Source of the DNA: Octopus vulgaris
Taxonomy: Eukaryota
DNA: 64,000 nucleotides
Direction: 5' to 3'
Assembly: GCA_951406725.2 (NCBI GenBank)
Contig: OX597822.1
Location: forward strand, 55,428,001 to 55,492,000
Shown here in pieces: positions 27,232 to 41,777 of this stretch; the stretch's first letter is position 1; every line of letters begins with the position of its first letter. The notes under the pieces were generated by a model, which ran no database searches, was not told the origin of the DNA, and worked only from the letters and a program-made list of their open reading frames with translations. The position numbers and the translations under genes were made by a program.

Positions 27232-27419
27232 CGGGCTTCTTTCAGCTTCCTTTACCGTATTCACATACAAGGCTTTGATCGGCCCAGGGCTATAATATAA
27301 GATACTTGTCCAAGATTTCACATAATGGAACTGAACTCAGAACCACGTGGTTGGGAAGGAAACTTCTTAGTACACAGCCACGTCTGCGCCTATAAGGCCT
27401 CGCTTGCACCTATAGACAC

Positions 27420-27975
27420 GCTTGGACAAATCATGAATGATGTTTCCTGGGGTCATTAGGTATTTAGGGCTTATCAACAACACACGTTCTAACCCAGGTG
27501 ACCCAGCCAGGTCTGATCAAGTCCCATTTTGTGTCCAGTTCGCACAACTCATTGTAGCATTACCCCTTCTAGGGCTCACACCTTCTGATCCACAATCACC
27601 TTGAAACAGCTTCTGCTGCTTCCACTGTCGACCTGATGGTCTTCTTTTATTAGTCCCTGTTATGCCAATCATGCTGTGAACCCTGTAGAGGGAATAGCCT
27701 GCAAGCCCTCTTAATTTTACCACAATGGGGTCATGCCTTACTTGCCAGCCATTGCTTTTGCACAATTCCACTAGCTTAGCATATTTTCTTCTCTTTCTCT
27801 TGTTAGCCTCTTCAATGCAGTCCTGAAAAGAAACGAAAAGTTCCAACAGAACCACGTCCTTAGATGCTTCTGAGATCAGAAACACATGCAGCCTTAGTGA
27901 TGTTGAGGCAACAGTTTCTGGGAACTTCAGCCGCTTTCCAAGGTCAGCATTCAGCTCTCACTGTTGCAAGTAGGC
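27420..27975 (-). mobile_element. R2-superfamily (Hero-like) LINE 3' end with restriction-like endonuclease
   Basis: ORF 27517..27885 has VVLLEL.V...D.IEEA..RK..KY..LV..C...GW; structured 3' UTR with GGGTCA/TGACCC. Confidence 0.75.
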
Positions 27976-28059
27976 CCTAGAGGTGAGGAGAATACTTATC
28001 AGTGGTCATCTTCTCGCCAGATTTGATAAAGGTGATAAACTTTTGCATTGGGCAGAGGT

Positions 28060-28093
<34 letters not shown>

Positions 28094-28655
28094 ATGTATG
28101 TATGGATGGATGGATGGATGGATGGATGGATGGATGGATGGACGTGTGTGGTTTATCAGCCACACAATGATTCTCTCTCTGCTCGCCACAATAATAATAA
28201 CAATAATGGTTTCAAATTTTGCCACAAGGGCACCAATTTTGGGGGAGGCTTAAGTCGATTATATCGCCCGCAGTGTTCAACTAGTACTTATTTCATCGAC
28301 CCCGAAAAGATGAAAGGCATAGTCGACCTCGGCGGAATTTGGACTCAGAATATAAAGACGGAAGAAATACTGCTAAGTATTTAGTCCGGTGTGCGTACCA
28401 TTCTGCCAGCTCTCCACCTTAATAATAATAATAATAATAATCCTTTCTACTGAAGGCACAACGCCTTGAAATTTTGAGGGAAGGGAATAGTCAATTACAT
28501 CGATCCCCAGTGGTTCACTGGTACTTAATCTATCAACCCCAAAAGGATGAAAGGCAAAGTTTACCTCGGTGGAATTTGAACTCAGAACGTAAAGTCGGAC
28601 GAAATATCGCTAAGCATCTCGCCCGGCACGCTAACAGTTCTATTAGCTCACCGCC

Positions 28656-28730
<75 letters not shown>

Positions 28731-28946
28731 GTTTCAAATTTTTGTTACAAGGGCAGCCATTTTAGTGAAGGGGACTAGTCGATTACATCAACCCCAGTGT
28801 TCAAGTAGTACTTATTTTTATCAACTCCGAAAGGATGAAAGGCAAAGTCGACCGCAGCGGAATTTGAACTCAGAATGTAGCGGCAGACGAAATACCGCAA
28901 AGCATTTCACCTGGCATGCTAACGATTCTGCCAGCTCGCCGCCTTA

Positions 28947-29012
<66 letters not shown>

Positions 29013-30116
29013 GTGATGATAAACGAAGAAATGAATAAATGGCATCGGTACTTTGGATGTTTGAAAAAGTCATGAGTCTTGGACATACAGTGCCGTATAA
29101 AACAAAAATTAAAGTATTGCAGTTTTTTAACTCTTTTGATACCAACCCGGCTGAGACAGCCTCTGGCTCTGTAGTACAAATGCCTTGTTTTCAAAAGTTC
29201 TGAATTGAAATCTTCCACCAAACCTTAGTCACAATTTATGTTCCTAACACTTCCTGAATGATAACTAATTTATTGAAAGAAATACAGAGTAACTCAAAAT
29301 AAATACAGTAACGAAAGGGTACTTATTTTTCGCTTATTATGGACCTATTATAAGTTCAATTAGCAACTTAATGATCTAACATGCAAATCTTTTAACTATC
29401 TCAATACATTTATTGAGGATGTCGGTATTATCATGTCATGTACACCATTAGAAAGAGCTCTAGCCTGCAAAAACAGCTGGCTATCTCTTTAACAAGCAAT
29501 AAGCCTGCATAATACACTGTTGTAGCTGAAAAGGAAAAAAGAAATAAAACGATTATGCTCACACAGAATCAGGCTGCATACAGACAGATACTCAGACACA
29601 TTGACGTAAAGACAGACAGATAGGTCGCTTCGCGGGAGTATGCACTTAGGCAGACGTAACTGAAATGTTCTAGGAGGTTGTTTTCTAGAAATGTTTTGCT
29701 AGTTTTAATTTCTTTGCGGTGGCGAGAAATATGTTTGCAATATATTTATACTAAGAATTTCTTTCTCAGCATTTCTTATTGCAACATACCAAGTAATCTA
29801 CCTTAAGCGTGTCCTCAGTGTTCTCTCATGATTTATGAAATATAATAACAGCTTTGCTCCAAGTGTTGCAATATTTGAGCTGTGGTGTTCTGTAAAACGC
29901 TGCAGCGTTCAAGATTGTTGGTACGCTTAACTTGACACCTCCCTGACATCTAAGAACAGCAACAGCAGCAATAAAAACAAATTCTTTTCGGAAATAAAAG
30001 CTCAGGTTTTAACTGTTGCAATTGTCATAGAAACCTAACCAGACCTAACCGGAGCCCATAACAACAGATATAGCTTCACACACACATGCACGCGCGCACA
30101 CACACACACACACATG

Positions 30117-30173
<57 letters not shown>

Positions 30174-30213
30174 ACGCACGTACACACACACATTCACTAA
30201 TTATATATAATAT

Positions 30214-30308
<95 letters not shown>

Positions 30309-30310
<2 letters not shown>

Positions 30311-30718
30311 AATAATATTAATTTTGTCCTATTGTAAAAAAAGAAATAGCCGGATACATTTATATATATAAGAAGCTTTTTTGGGAAAAGAATTTTTTTT
30401 TCGAAAAAATTTTATCCTACATTAGATATAAATTTAAGCGTTCACTTCCGGACTTAGTGTTTGCTTCTTCCATGGGTATGAGTAAGTATCTCATTTATTT
30501 CTTTTGCCACATGTATCACTGACGAAGGGAGAGCTGTTATAAGCTAACCCTGAAATCGGTCCGATATGGTAATAATGGAATTTTTTAGAAATTTCTGTCC
30601 ACTTTTTTTCGAGTAGCGTGCGTATTGTGAAAAAAAATATATGGTTAATGGACAATATGTCCAATCTTTCGGCATATTTGGCATTAGAAATTTTTTCGTT
30701 TGCCCTTATTTATGAATT

Positions 30719-30721
<3 letters not shown>
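30309..30721 (+). mobile_element. About 410-bp non-coding element between two (TA)n tracts, carrying a hammerhead ribozyme
   Basis: Sharp (TA)n boundaries on both sides; HHR at 30514-30571. Confidence 0.7.
30514..30571 (+). ncRNA. Type I hammerhead ribozyme, canonical core
   Basis: TATCA-CTGACGA-AGGG..CCCT-GAAA-TCGG T CCGA-TA-TGGTA; all three stems pair; AUA cleavage after 30566. Confidence 0.85.
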
Positions 30722-30793
<72 letters not shown>

Positions 30794-30896
30794 GAGGGAG
30801 AAAGGGAGAGAGATAAATGAAAAGAGAAAGCGGGAGAGACAGGGAGACTAAGAGACATGTGTGTGTGTGTTTGTTACATGTCTATGTATCTATCCA

Positions 30897-30943
<47 letters not shown>

Positions 30944-31639
30944 AGCTCTCGCTCCCTCTCTCTGATCTGGCCAAAGCCTTGTGAATGGACTTGTTACACG
31001 GAAACAGTCAAAAGCCAGTCGTATGTAAGTGTGAGTATGTATGTATGAATGTGCGTACGTATGCCTGTGTATGTATAAGTATACATCCCCACCTTTCATC
31101 GCCATTGCGTCTTTTTCTTGTCTTTTCTGTTGAAGTTGTTCTTATTTTCATTGTTTTGGATTTCTTTCATTTTCCTTTTATCACCCTAGGGAATTCGTTA
31201 GCTTTTTTCATTTACTTTTTTCGTTTCTTTTAAACTTATTTATGGTACACCCTCGTATGTTTTACCTCGTCTGGCTTGAAATTTTCAGTTAACATTTTAA
31301 TCAAAGTAAATAGATGGCTCATCTATGTACTTTGGCCTTAACACGGGGCCCCCTCAAATGCGGAGCCCCTCCTGCGACCGCAGAGGTTGCAAGAGCTTAG
31401 CGACGGTCTGCCCCATATGCATACATTTCTGTGATTGAGGAGAATTTATTTGCTAACAGCTTCTGTTGTCGAGGAGACTCTGGATCAAAATCAGTGCGCG
31501 ACCTCTGCACTGACATGAGTAATGATGAATCTTTTCAGGTGTATATTACTCTGAGTTGGCAATAAAATGCAGGCGGCTGGCCGGACGGATTCTTAGAACT
31601 TTCAGAACGAGTGAACAGGCAACCATGATGGTCCTCTGG

Positions 31640-32130
31640 AGGATATTTTTCCTTAGCCCTTTATACTACGGCTCCCAACTATAGCCAGCACATCGAAGCG
31701 ATCAAGCGAAGCTACGCAATGAAAATCATCTCAATACGACTTGTCAGCTACTGAAAGAGGCTGAAAAATGGAACACTCTACTCTTTAGAACAAAACCGGT
31801 AAAAACAGGTAGTGATAAACACCCTGAAAACCATGGAAGGGCATGTGCCGAACTTTGGCATCACATGTTACACAAACAGTAAAACGAGGGATCATTAGAT
31901 AGTGCTAAAGATGTCAACATCACCATCGAGATACAGGACCAGATAATGCAGCAACTTGGGTTTTAAGGACCTGCAGCTCTTCAATATCCCCTCAAAAATC
32001 CAGAGAGACCTACATGGGGTGGATGTAGGTGTCTTCAAAACAGAACTAGATCTCCTCCAGCCAAGAGTTCTATTTGAAACCACCGTGCAGCAGGAAACAC
32101 AGATGAGGCAACAAATCAAACTTTTCATTT
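31640..32130 (+). mobile_element. Decayed CR1/Jockey-like LINE 3' fragment
   Basis: SY..RL....LYSLE and QLFN.P..I.RDL.GVDVGVFKTELD motifs. Confidence 0.55.
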
Positions 32131-32239
32131 ATCAAATGCCACACGGCAGAGGAGATTTCGAGTAGTAAAAGTGTAGCTGCTCTCGAGTTCAAACTGAAAG
32201 ATAAATTCCGTCTGTAATATCTTGTGCAGGCCAGCTACA

Positions 32240-32880
32240 TACAGGGCGCACGGATTAAATTTCATAGTTTGTATACAAAGAAAAGAAACACAAAATCCTA
32301 TTCAATTACAACAGTATTTAAAAAAGTCAAATGATGTCTACCAGATTATGTTTAGGAGATAATAGTTTACTCAAAGTAGTCGCTCTCAGCTTCCACCAAC
32401 ACCTAAAGTCGGCTGCGGAATCTGGCGCATGCCTTCCCTACTGTTTCTCCAGGAAAATCTTCGAACATCCCCTTGATCTTGGCTACCAGCTCAGTTTGGT
32501 GCTGCAGTCAGAGCAGTTGGTGTCTTTCTCAAAAGCACCCCTTTATGGGATTACAATTGAGAAAATTAGGTACCCAGATACTGGAGCTGGCGAAGTCGCA
32601 AACATTTTCCGACAACCTCTCCTGACTCTTTTCGGAGGTATGGAAAATTGCCGATTCTTGCTGTTACACCTATGGCCTTCCAGCAGCAATGCTCTCCAGC
32701 TAGGGAATAACCACATTTTCAAGCAGCTTCGCATAGTTTTCTGAATTTAGCTCGGGGCTCTGTTCAATCATGTGGGGAAGCATGACATCATTCTCACTGG
32801 AGGCACACCAAAAGTCCATCACAGTTAAGGGGAACTTGGTTTTCATATCAATGTTACGTCTTACAGCCTTTTCAGTGTTC
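32240..32880 (-). mobile_element. Decayed Tc1-like transposase fragment
   Basis: TKFP.TVM, Y.KLLENVVIP, QQESA and YLI/DY-like motifs; TACAGGG end at about 32239. Confidence 0.55.
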
Positions 32881-33793
32881 ACAGAGCAATGAACAGTAGT
32901 TATGATGTCGACATTTTAATACCCAGTGCGAATCATCATGCTACAGGATTTAGATGGTTTCCAGTCGTCACTTAACTTTCTCTCAACTACAATTTTAATC
33001 TTTATCCTCTCCTACACCGTTGAATGTTCATTAATGCATCGTTGTGTTTGTACTAGTTACAGTTGAGTTCATTTTATGTATACACAGCCATAGCACTGAT
33101 AGGTGAGGATGATCTGTAAGAAGAACACATTTCTGCAAGCAGTTGTCTTAGACAACTTGGTATTGATGTCACCTCCTCCTGTAAAATTAAATTGAAAGAT
33201 AAAAAGACGAATAGATCCTGTGCCGTCATAACACACACGTTTCAGTCCCTGCTGTACATAATGAAAATAAAGATTTTTAAATAACACTGTGTAACAAATA
33301 TTTTTTTTTTGTTGTTGGTCAGTAAGTGTTATTTCCTATTTACTTCTATCTAGAAATCAAAGGAAATGATTACTATTCGCTTTAAAATTTGCTCTTGTGA
33401 CATAGATATCAATGTTTTGAAACTGACCTATTTCCCCCTACATTTCAAGCGGATTCAGCGCTGAGTTGCTGAAACGGAAATATCGTGATTGCAAATATTC
33501 TGCTCGATACCATAGATTTGCATATTGATTGCTTGACCTTAATCACTCGTGCATGTCCGTTAGTGGCTGACAATATGAGTTGTGGCGGAGCATTATAGCC
33601 AAGTGTTAATAGGGATTCGTTAATGCTTGATTATTTGTAACAAAAGCAAAGTCTGAAAGAAATATTAGCCATTCTTTAAACTTTCTCGGGGTAAGAAAAT
33701 AGGAAATAACAGTTGCTACCCACGTGTTACATAGTGCAATTAATTGTTTAATTTATATATTAAAAACATGCATATATACGAAATTATATATCC

Positions 33794-33836
<43 letters not shown>

Positions 33837-33837
33837 C

Positions 33838-34172
33838 TTCCCCAGACTTTTACGGATTCCATGGACAGTGAAACTCACCAATGGAGAAGTTCTTAACCAG
33901 ATCAAGCCGAAACTGCGCTAGAAGCTAGGACCACCAAGCATAGACTGGCATATTTTGGTCATATTATGCGGAGAAAATCCCTGGAGAAGGACATCATGCT
34001 CGGAATGGTCAATGGCAAGAGAGAAAGAGGCCGACCAAGAATCCGGTGGCTTGACACCATCAAGAGTAACACGGGAATGGCCTTAGCCAATCTGAAAGAA
34101 GTGACCCAGGATAGAACTGGCTGGAGGACACTGATCCATCGAGTAATCGAGAGTCGACTTCGACTGAGCGGA
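33838..34172 (+). mobile_element. RTE LINE 3' end between (TA)n tracts
   Basis: LLRIPWT, YFGHIMR..SLEKDIMLG...GKRERGRP.IRWLD. Confidence 0.85.
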
Positions 34173-34237
34173 TATATATATATATATATGCTCATTTACT
34201 TGAAGCGATAAGATTCGTTTCATCTTCTCATGAATGT

Positions 34238-36716
34238 TTGATATTAGGAGACTTCAACACTCCCACGATCGACTGGCCCGCATCAATTTGTACATCATCT
34301 TCCCGGTTCAGCCAGGCCCTTCTTGACGTGGCTGAAGATTGTTTTCTATCGCAACATGTTGAATCTCCGACAAGGCATCGGTCTGGGCAGCAGTCATCTA
34401 TGCTGGATCTGGTATTCTCTCGCTATCCAAGATCAGTGTCAAGCTTATCTGTGCGCGCCCCTCTTGCCAAGAGTGATCACGCGGTCCTGAAGTTCGACAT
34501 GCACACAACTTTTTCTACGCCCACAACTATTTCGCTGCCACGCAGAGTCTTCTCTGAAATCAATCTTGAAATTCTAACCGAGGCTTCTGCGCTTCTGGAC
34601 TGGCGATCCCTGATGACGATGTCCCCAGTTGACGAATTATGGTCGTCCCTCAAAGCATATGTAATCAGGTTGACTGACCAAGCAGTTCCCGTTGGGCTTC
34701 CCAAGAAGAAGAAACACAAGCCCTGGGTGATGAAGAAGGTTAAACGAGAACTTCGATTCAGAGATATTGCTTGGGCTGAATTCAAAAATCAAGATTCGAC
34801 TGCAGCTTTTGAGGTGTACAAAACTCAACGAGACCGAGCCGTGAAAATTGAAAAGGAAGAACGCTTCAGATATGAATACAGAATCGCGGCAAACACCAGT
34901 CGCAATCCAAAAACTTTCTTTGTCCATGTCCAACGAAATTCCCGCTTGAACAACCAAATTGCAACGTTGGTAGACTCAACAGGCGTATCGATTGAGGACC
35001 CTTATCAGCAGAGTCAGTTATTTGCCGAGGCTTTTTCGACAATTTTCAAACAAGATGATGGTCGTGAACCCCCTCTATTTGATAGATCGGTACCTTCAAT
35101 GCCTAGATTGGTCATCACTCGTGACGAAGTCGAACGCGTTATTCAAGACCTCGATGTCACGATGTCAACAACGGTCACGGCCCTAACTGCATACACCCAC
35201 AGGTTATTAAAGCGTTGGCTCCGGTCATCTGCGAACCTTTAACACTTCTATTCAATGTCATTGGCGACGGGTGTTGTACCTGCGGACTGGAGAACAGCGA
35301 TAATCTGCCCGATTTTCAAGAAAGGGAGCCGCGAAGACCCGCTTAACTACCGACCGGTTTCACTTATTTCAATAATCAGCAAGATGTTTGAAACCATCCT
35401 CAAGAAAAGTATGTTGCTCCACCTCCAAAACAGTCTCTATCTCTGATTCCCAACACGGCTTCGTGCCGAAGAGATCATGCTTGACCAACTTACTGGTAAT
35501 GAAAGAATTGATGACGCGTATCCTGGATGATGGTGATGCCGTTGACATCGTTTTATTGGACTTTGCCAAAGCTTTTGACTCGGTTAACCATCTCCTATTA
35601 CTTGTCAAGCTTCAAGCATATCGTTTCCATCCGGATATTGTACGATGGGTTGGTGCCTTCCTCTCAGATCGCTCCTTCCAAGTCCAAGTTAATGGTTCGC
35701 TGTCCGACGTCTCCAGTGCGAGCAGTGGCGTGCCTCAAGGTTCAGTGCTTGGCCCGCTATTGTTTTTAGTCTTCATCAATGACTTGCCCGACGACCTCAC
35801 GCAACACACCCTTCTATTTGCCGACGATGTCAAACTGGTCGCTCCTCGCAGTGATATAGATAATCTTCGTCGATGCCTCCACCAAGTTTGGAGATGGTCA
35901 AACGAATGGGACCTGTGTCTGAACGTGTCAAATTGCTGTCATCTGCCTGTTGGGTCCTCTCCTGCAACTCAACTTGATTTCGAGCCGGGTCGGCTACTGC
36001 TGGAGAAGACCGATCAAGTAAAGGACCTGGGTATCTTGGTGGATTCTTCCTTTTCGCCTTCGGCCCAATGCGACCATACTGCCAACAAAGCACGCGGAGT
36101 TCTGTTTTTGATTCGACGGTCATTCGGAATGCTCACAGCAGCCATATTCCTACCGCTCTATGTCACGCTGGTGACACCTATATTGGAGTACGGGATTCAA
36201 GCCTCTTCTCCTTATCTCTTCAAAGACATACACCATCTCGAAAGAGTCCAGAAGCTGGCTACCCGCATGGTTCTTGGTCTCAAGCATTTGTCTTATGAAG
36301 AAAGGCTGAAGACGCTCGACCTTTATTCTCTCGAAAAACGACGAGGCCGTGGTGATCTCATTCTCGCTCACAACATCATAAGTGGAAAGTGTAACCTCTC
36401 GAAAGAGCTGTTCTTCACTCCTGCTCCAGAGCGTGGGCTGCGGGGTCACTCCGAAAATCTCTATCTACGACGATTTCATCTCAATCGAAGGAGATGGGCT
36501 TTATCCGTCCGGGTTGCGGATCCGTGGAATAAACTGCCGGACGAGATAGTGAAGATGCCGACGACCGCTCGGTTCAAAGTCTCTCTTGACCAGAAATGGC
36601 CTGAACTCTTTGTATGACCACCCTCCCTGTACATAACTCCTTATCCCCCTACATGGCCTTGGTTTTTATTTTTGAGCCAATAAAAATCGAATTGAATTGA
36701 ATTGAAAAAAATTGAA
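34238..36716 (+). mobile_element. CR1-group LINE ORF2 (endonuclease and RT), 5'-truncated, two frameshifts
   Basis: GDFN, LDLV, SDH; NYRPVSL; QHGF, DFAKAFDSV, GVPQGSVLGPLLF, FADD; stop at 36617, AATAAA and (AATTG)n tail. Confidence 0.95.
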
Positions 36717-36859
36717 AAATAATTCACGTTTACTCTTTTGTTTTGTTATTTGTATTTTTGATTACTTTTCTCTTTGTTTGTTTACACTTATTTGCAGCTT
36801 AAAAGTACATGGTCATGTATTTTCAAGTCTATGTTGTGAACCAAGTAGATGACTTAGTA

Positions 36860-37985
36860 CGACGTATGCTATGTCGTTCTATTTGTTGTCAAAAGCCGTT
36901 AAAGGGTGAGTTAGGGATGCCTTGGCTGTTGATACACAAGCATGCGCTGAGGTTGAGGCATCTTTGGCTCTACCTGGAAGGTGAACGGGTGTGGTCCCCG
37001 CTCGCAAAACAGATGTTCCCCAGCTTTGCCAGTTTTGGTGGTAGAGAAACCTGGTTTCGTCGCAGACTAAGATTGATTATGTGGTATTCGGAGTGCCGTA
37101 AGGTTCTCTTATGCTTCCGCAGCTCGGGCAATGCCGGCGGCTTTGGTACCACCGCAGTGTTCTATAGCAGGTTGGTAGAGGCCGGAAATGACGATACCCT
37201 GGGAAGGACCCTGGGTCTCGATGGTAATCAGTTAGACAGCCTGTTCCAAAGGACATTCGGACCAGGGACACTGGATAATTTTCAGAAGTCCTTGGCCTGG
37301 CAATGTTACAGAGGAGCCTTACCCGTTCGAGAGAAACTCGCAAGGCATGGTCACCAAGATGCGGGTGGGATGTGGAAACAGTCCTGCACGCTATTGTTCA
37401 GTGTCCGGATATTTCGGACGTGTGGGCTTATGCCGAACACCTGTTGTCGGACGGAAGAAGAGTACATCTGTCGTCTGAGTCAATCTTAAAAATTGACCCG
37501 CCTGGTTTCAAGACGAACGAAGGTAAGCATTGCTTTCTCGAGATAGTAGCAGTTGCGAAGGGGGTTATATGGAAGACTAGAGTGAAAGGTATAATGACTG
37601 ACACCATGATCTCTGGCACCGCCCTAACGAACTTTTTTAAGTTCCATCTGAAAAGGAAGGTGGGACTAGAGAAAATGTGTCTGTCAGAGTGCGTATTCAA
37701 AAAAAGATGGATGCGTGTTGCACGGATGCTAGGTGTGAAAGACCTTGCATGAACACGCCACGATCACTTGCCAAAAGGTTTCAGTTAAAATAACAGGGCT
37801 CGTGGGGTCAGCTATCCTGTTCTTTTTTTGACTTCATATGTCCCTTTTTGTTCGTTTGTTCTTGTAACTCATTCGATTTCATTCTAAATAATTCATTCGA
37901 TTTCATTGTAAATAATTCCATTTCATCCACATGACCCCAAATCATGTTGTATTGTCCCCATCTGTGTAAACCCTTATGGGTAATA
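36860..37985 (+). mobile_element. Tx1/L1-like LINE 3' portion
   Basis: G.LGMP, W...R.ALPV, C..C..ETVLH....C zinc-knuckle region, frameshifted; AATAAA at about 37982. Confidence 0.8.
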
Positions 37986-40493
37986 AAGAAATAGTATGCT
38001 ATGTCGTTAGCACTTTTTTGAAATGTATACGTCCGTATCAAAATACGGAAATGAAGACATCATTGTTTTTATTAAAGCCGGTGACCGATATAAAAGAAGG
38101 ATGCGGATCAATGAGACAACTATCATAACACAAATACTAAACTTCCGAATGGGTAGAGTCGGATAGAATTCCTGGCAGCATTTGTTCTGATTCTCTGCTC
38201 TCTGAAAAATCAAATTCACCTTTCATTCATTCGAGTTCGATAAAAAAAAAAAGTACGAAGCCAGGTCGGTGTATTGGTAGAACAGTAAGAATGTCGGACA
38301 AAATACCTTGCAGTACTTATTCCGACTCCTTGCACTCCGAGTTCAAATGGTTGTAGACTTTATAAGTCGGCTATTTCAAGGCCTTGGATACCTTTCGAAG
38401 ATTTTATTCGGATCTTTTCGGTTGTTGTCACAGATTTAAAAATGTTAAAATAAAGCGAAATTTTGGATATTGAATTCAAATTTGGAATTCATTTATTTCA
38501 AGAAATAATTATTAAAATGTTACAGACGTTCAAAGTTTGATGATTTTTAGTCCAATCAGAAAACAAGAATCGGAAACCGGCATGTTCTGCGTGATACCTG
38601 TCAGTCATTTTGTGATAGACAGAAATCATATAGACACAAAATGATATCGCTTTTCAAAACTTGTGGTGGTGGTTGTGGTCGTAAAAGTGTCACTGTCGCG
38701 CAAGTACAGCATTCTTGTTACAATGAAAACAGGCAGGCTACAGCTTTGCTTACTACTATGGAAACAGGCACCGATGTCAGATTTATGGCTTTCGATTGGC
38801 TAAAATTATTCCAAATTTGCAATTTAACATGAATTCCGCTTTCATAATAAGCATATAAAACTAAATTGGTGAAAGCAAATTTGAAGAAATTGGAACAAAA
38901 CTGAAAAAATGCTAAATCTGCAACAGCAACTGTAAAGATCCTTCCATTCCGCTTCAAACATTCTGGCAAGACCACTCGTTTGAAGATACTTTCCTTCCTT
39001 CGACCAGTTACAGATGCTCTGTAAAGTGTCACGGATACAATATTCTTTCCTCTCTGAATTGATGAAACATGTCCATCAAAAACTGAACAAAGTACTTTGG
39101 CCAATTAAAACGTCTCTCGTTCTTCAGACTTCCCACATAGTTCTTCTGACAGTATACTGACGAAGAACGTTGAGAAAGCGATTTAACTGGTCAAAGTTTA
39201 AAGTATGTATTACACTGATTTTATTCTGTCATAAACATTTGAAGCTCTGATGAGTTTAACCATTTTCCCAGTTCTTTATGAGTAGGATTATGCTCACCCG
39301 AAATATCAGGATTGTTAACTGTGTAAGATATGTCGAACCTGTTCATCAGAATTCAGCTTGACTCCTTCAGTTGTTCAGTTATTGCTTGGAATATTAGATG
39401 AATCCTTAATAATACAAAACAACAGAAATTTATTTTTCTTATGTTTTTTTTATTTCAAAATATAAATATATATATATATGTATATACATTTTTTGTTAAT
39501 AAAAAGTAAATGAATCCAAGTCGTTTTAATTGTAAATACAAATGTAAAAGAGAAAAATTTCTTTAATGCTTGTCCGATAGTAGTGCTCCAGCATGGCCAC
39601 TTCCAGTGCTTGAACATGGCGAAAGAGTAAAGGTGAAAGTGTAATCGATAGTAAATCGATTACAAGACACGTTTCTGGAATGTCTTCAATATTTTTAGCG
39701 AATGATCAGCGGTAAACACTCATCGAAACATAGATGATAGACACATACATGGACGAGCGCACAGACACGTGCGTATACATTTGCATATGCGTAAATAACA
39801 TGTGTATATTTATTAATTACACATACACACATGGGCAGGCATAGCTATGTAGTTGAGAAGTTCGATCTCCAGTTACGTAATTTCGGGTTTAATCTAACTG
39901 CATAGGACTTGCGTGCCTTTTAGTTTAACACAGATCATGATTTTTGTGAGTGGATCTGGTAGAAAAAATTGAATGCAGCCTGTTACCATGTGCTGGTGTG
40001 TGTCTGTGTGTGCTTGCGCATGTTTGCTTCTATTTGTCTTGACGTCGCTTGATAGTAGTAACGGGCGTCACTATCATGCAATAGGTGTTATTCGTTTACA
40101 GTCTTCAGGCTGAGGGAAAATATTACCTTACCTGAAAACAGATGAGGGCTGGCGACAGGAAGGACATCCGTCCGTAGAACGAATTCCGCATGACCCATTC
40201 ATGGATTGAAAAGAGGACATTAAAACGATGATGATATTGATGATGGCGATGATGATGATGATGATTTCAGAAAACATGCACAAACACACATATATACATG
40301 AACTAAATCCGATTATCATTCGGATACGCATAACGAGTAGTTAAATGTATTCTATATATTTAAGGAAACACAAACACACTGATCTTGTCCTGCTTGAAAC
40401 AACGTCCCTAATCTACATCAACTCGTGCCAAAGCATCTTTAAAAAAGGAGGACGGATTGCATAATGTAGTTCTAGAAAAAAACAGTGTGGCTA

Positions 40494-41777
40494 CGAGGGA
40501 CGTTCAATAAGTAATCCCCCTGACCCACTTGCAGTTGTTTGATCTAGCTGAAATTTTGCATGTGCAATTATTTATATCTCCATCGATTAAGCGGCAAATT
40601 ACAGCTCTGAACTGATTGTGGTTTCTGATTTACAGGTGTTTGAACTGAGTCAAGTGTGAAATGGAGCCTGTTGAGTGTCGAGCAGTGATCCGGTTTTTGT
40701 ATTTGAAAGGAAGCACACCACGGGAGACTTTTGATGAAATGAAAGTAACTTATGATGATGATGCCCCATCATATGACCTTGTAAAACGCTGACATCGTGA
40801 ATTCAAACATGGTCGGAACTCTGTGGAAACAGCTCCCAGATCTGGTCACCCCCCTTCTGCCATTGATGAGGCATCTGTCCGTCAAGTTGAAGCTGCCATT
40901 TTGGAAGATAACAATTCGCCAAATAGCCCATGAGGTCAAGATTAGTACCGGATCTGTGGAAACTATCATTCATGACCATTTGCATATGCAAAAGGTGTCT
41001 GCCAGATGGATTCCAAGGTTGCTCACACCTTTCCAGAACCAAGAACGCGTCAAGTGCTCGAGGATGAATTTGGAGATGTGCCAAGAAGATGAGTCAAAAT
41101 TTTTCAAAAGACTGATTACATAGGATGAAACCTGGGTCCATCACTATGATCCAGAGACACAAGTCCAGTCAATGCAGTGGAAGCACCGTGACTCACCTCC
41201 TCCAAAGAAGGCAAGGGTGTAGATCTCCGCTGGCAAGGTCATGCTCACAGTCTTCTGGGACCAGGACGGAGTAGTGATGACAGATTTCCTGGCAAAGGGT
41301 ACCACAATTACAGGAGCCTATTATGCTTCACTTTTGAGGAAATTAAGAGAAGCTATCAAAATCAAGAGGCGGGGCAAGATCAGAAAAGGCATCCTCCTCC
41401 TGCAGGACAACGCTCCGGTCCACAACTCGCGTGTCGCCAGATCAGAAGCACAGGCGTGTGGCTATGAACTCATCCCCCATCCCCCTACTCTCCTGACCTT
41501 GCACCCTCTAATTTTCACCTCTTCCCAGCCATGAAGTTGTTTTTGAAAGGAAAGCGTTTCCCAGATGATGCAGCCTTGATTTCTGAAGTCACGTCGTGGT
41601 TGGAGGACCAAGCTGGGGTCTTCTACAAAAACGGTCTCCAGAGCTGCATCAAACGATGGGAGAAATGCGTAACTCTGGGTTGTTCCTATGTAGAAAAAGA
41701 CTAATAACTGTGCTAAATTTCGTTGCTCTACTGCTATGGGAAGTGGGTCAGGGGCATTACTTATTGAACGCCCCTCG
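40494..41777 (+). mobile_element. Full-length but inactivated mariner (irritans-like) transposon
   Basis: TIRs CGAGGG.CGTTCAATAAGTAAT.CCCCTGACCCACTT with TA TSDs; transposase 40661-41704 with WIPRLL, DETW, QDNA and YSPDLAP motifs, in-frame stops and frameshifts. Confidence 0.95.
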
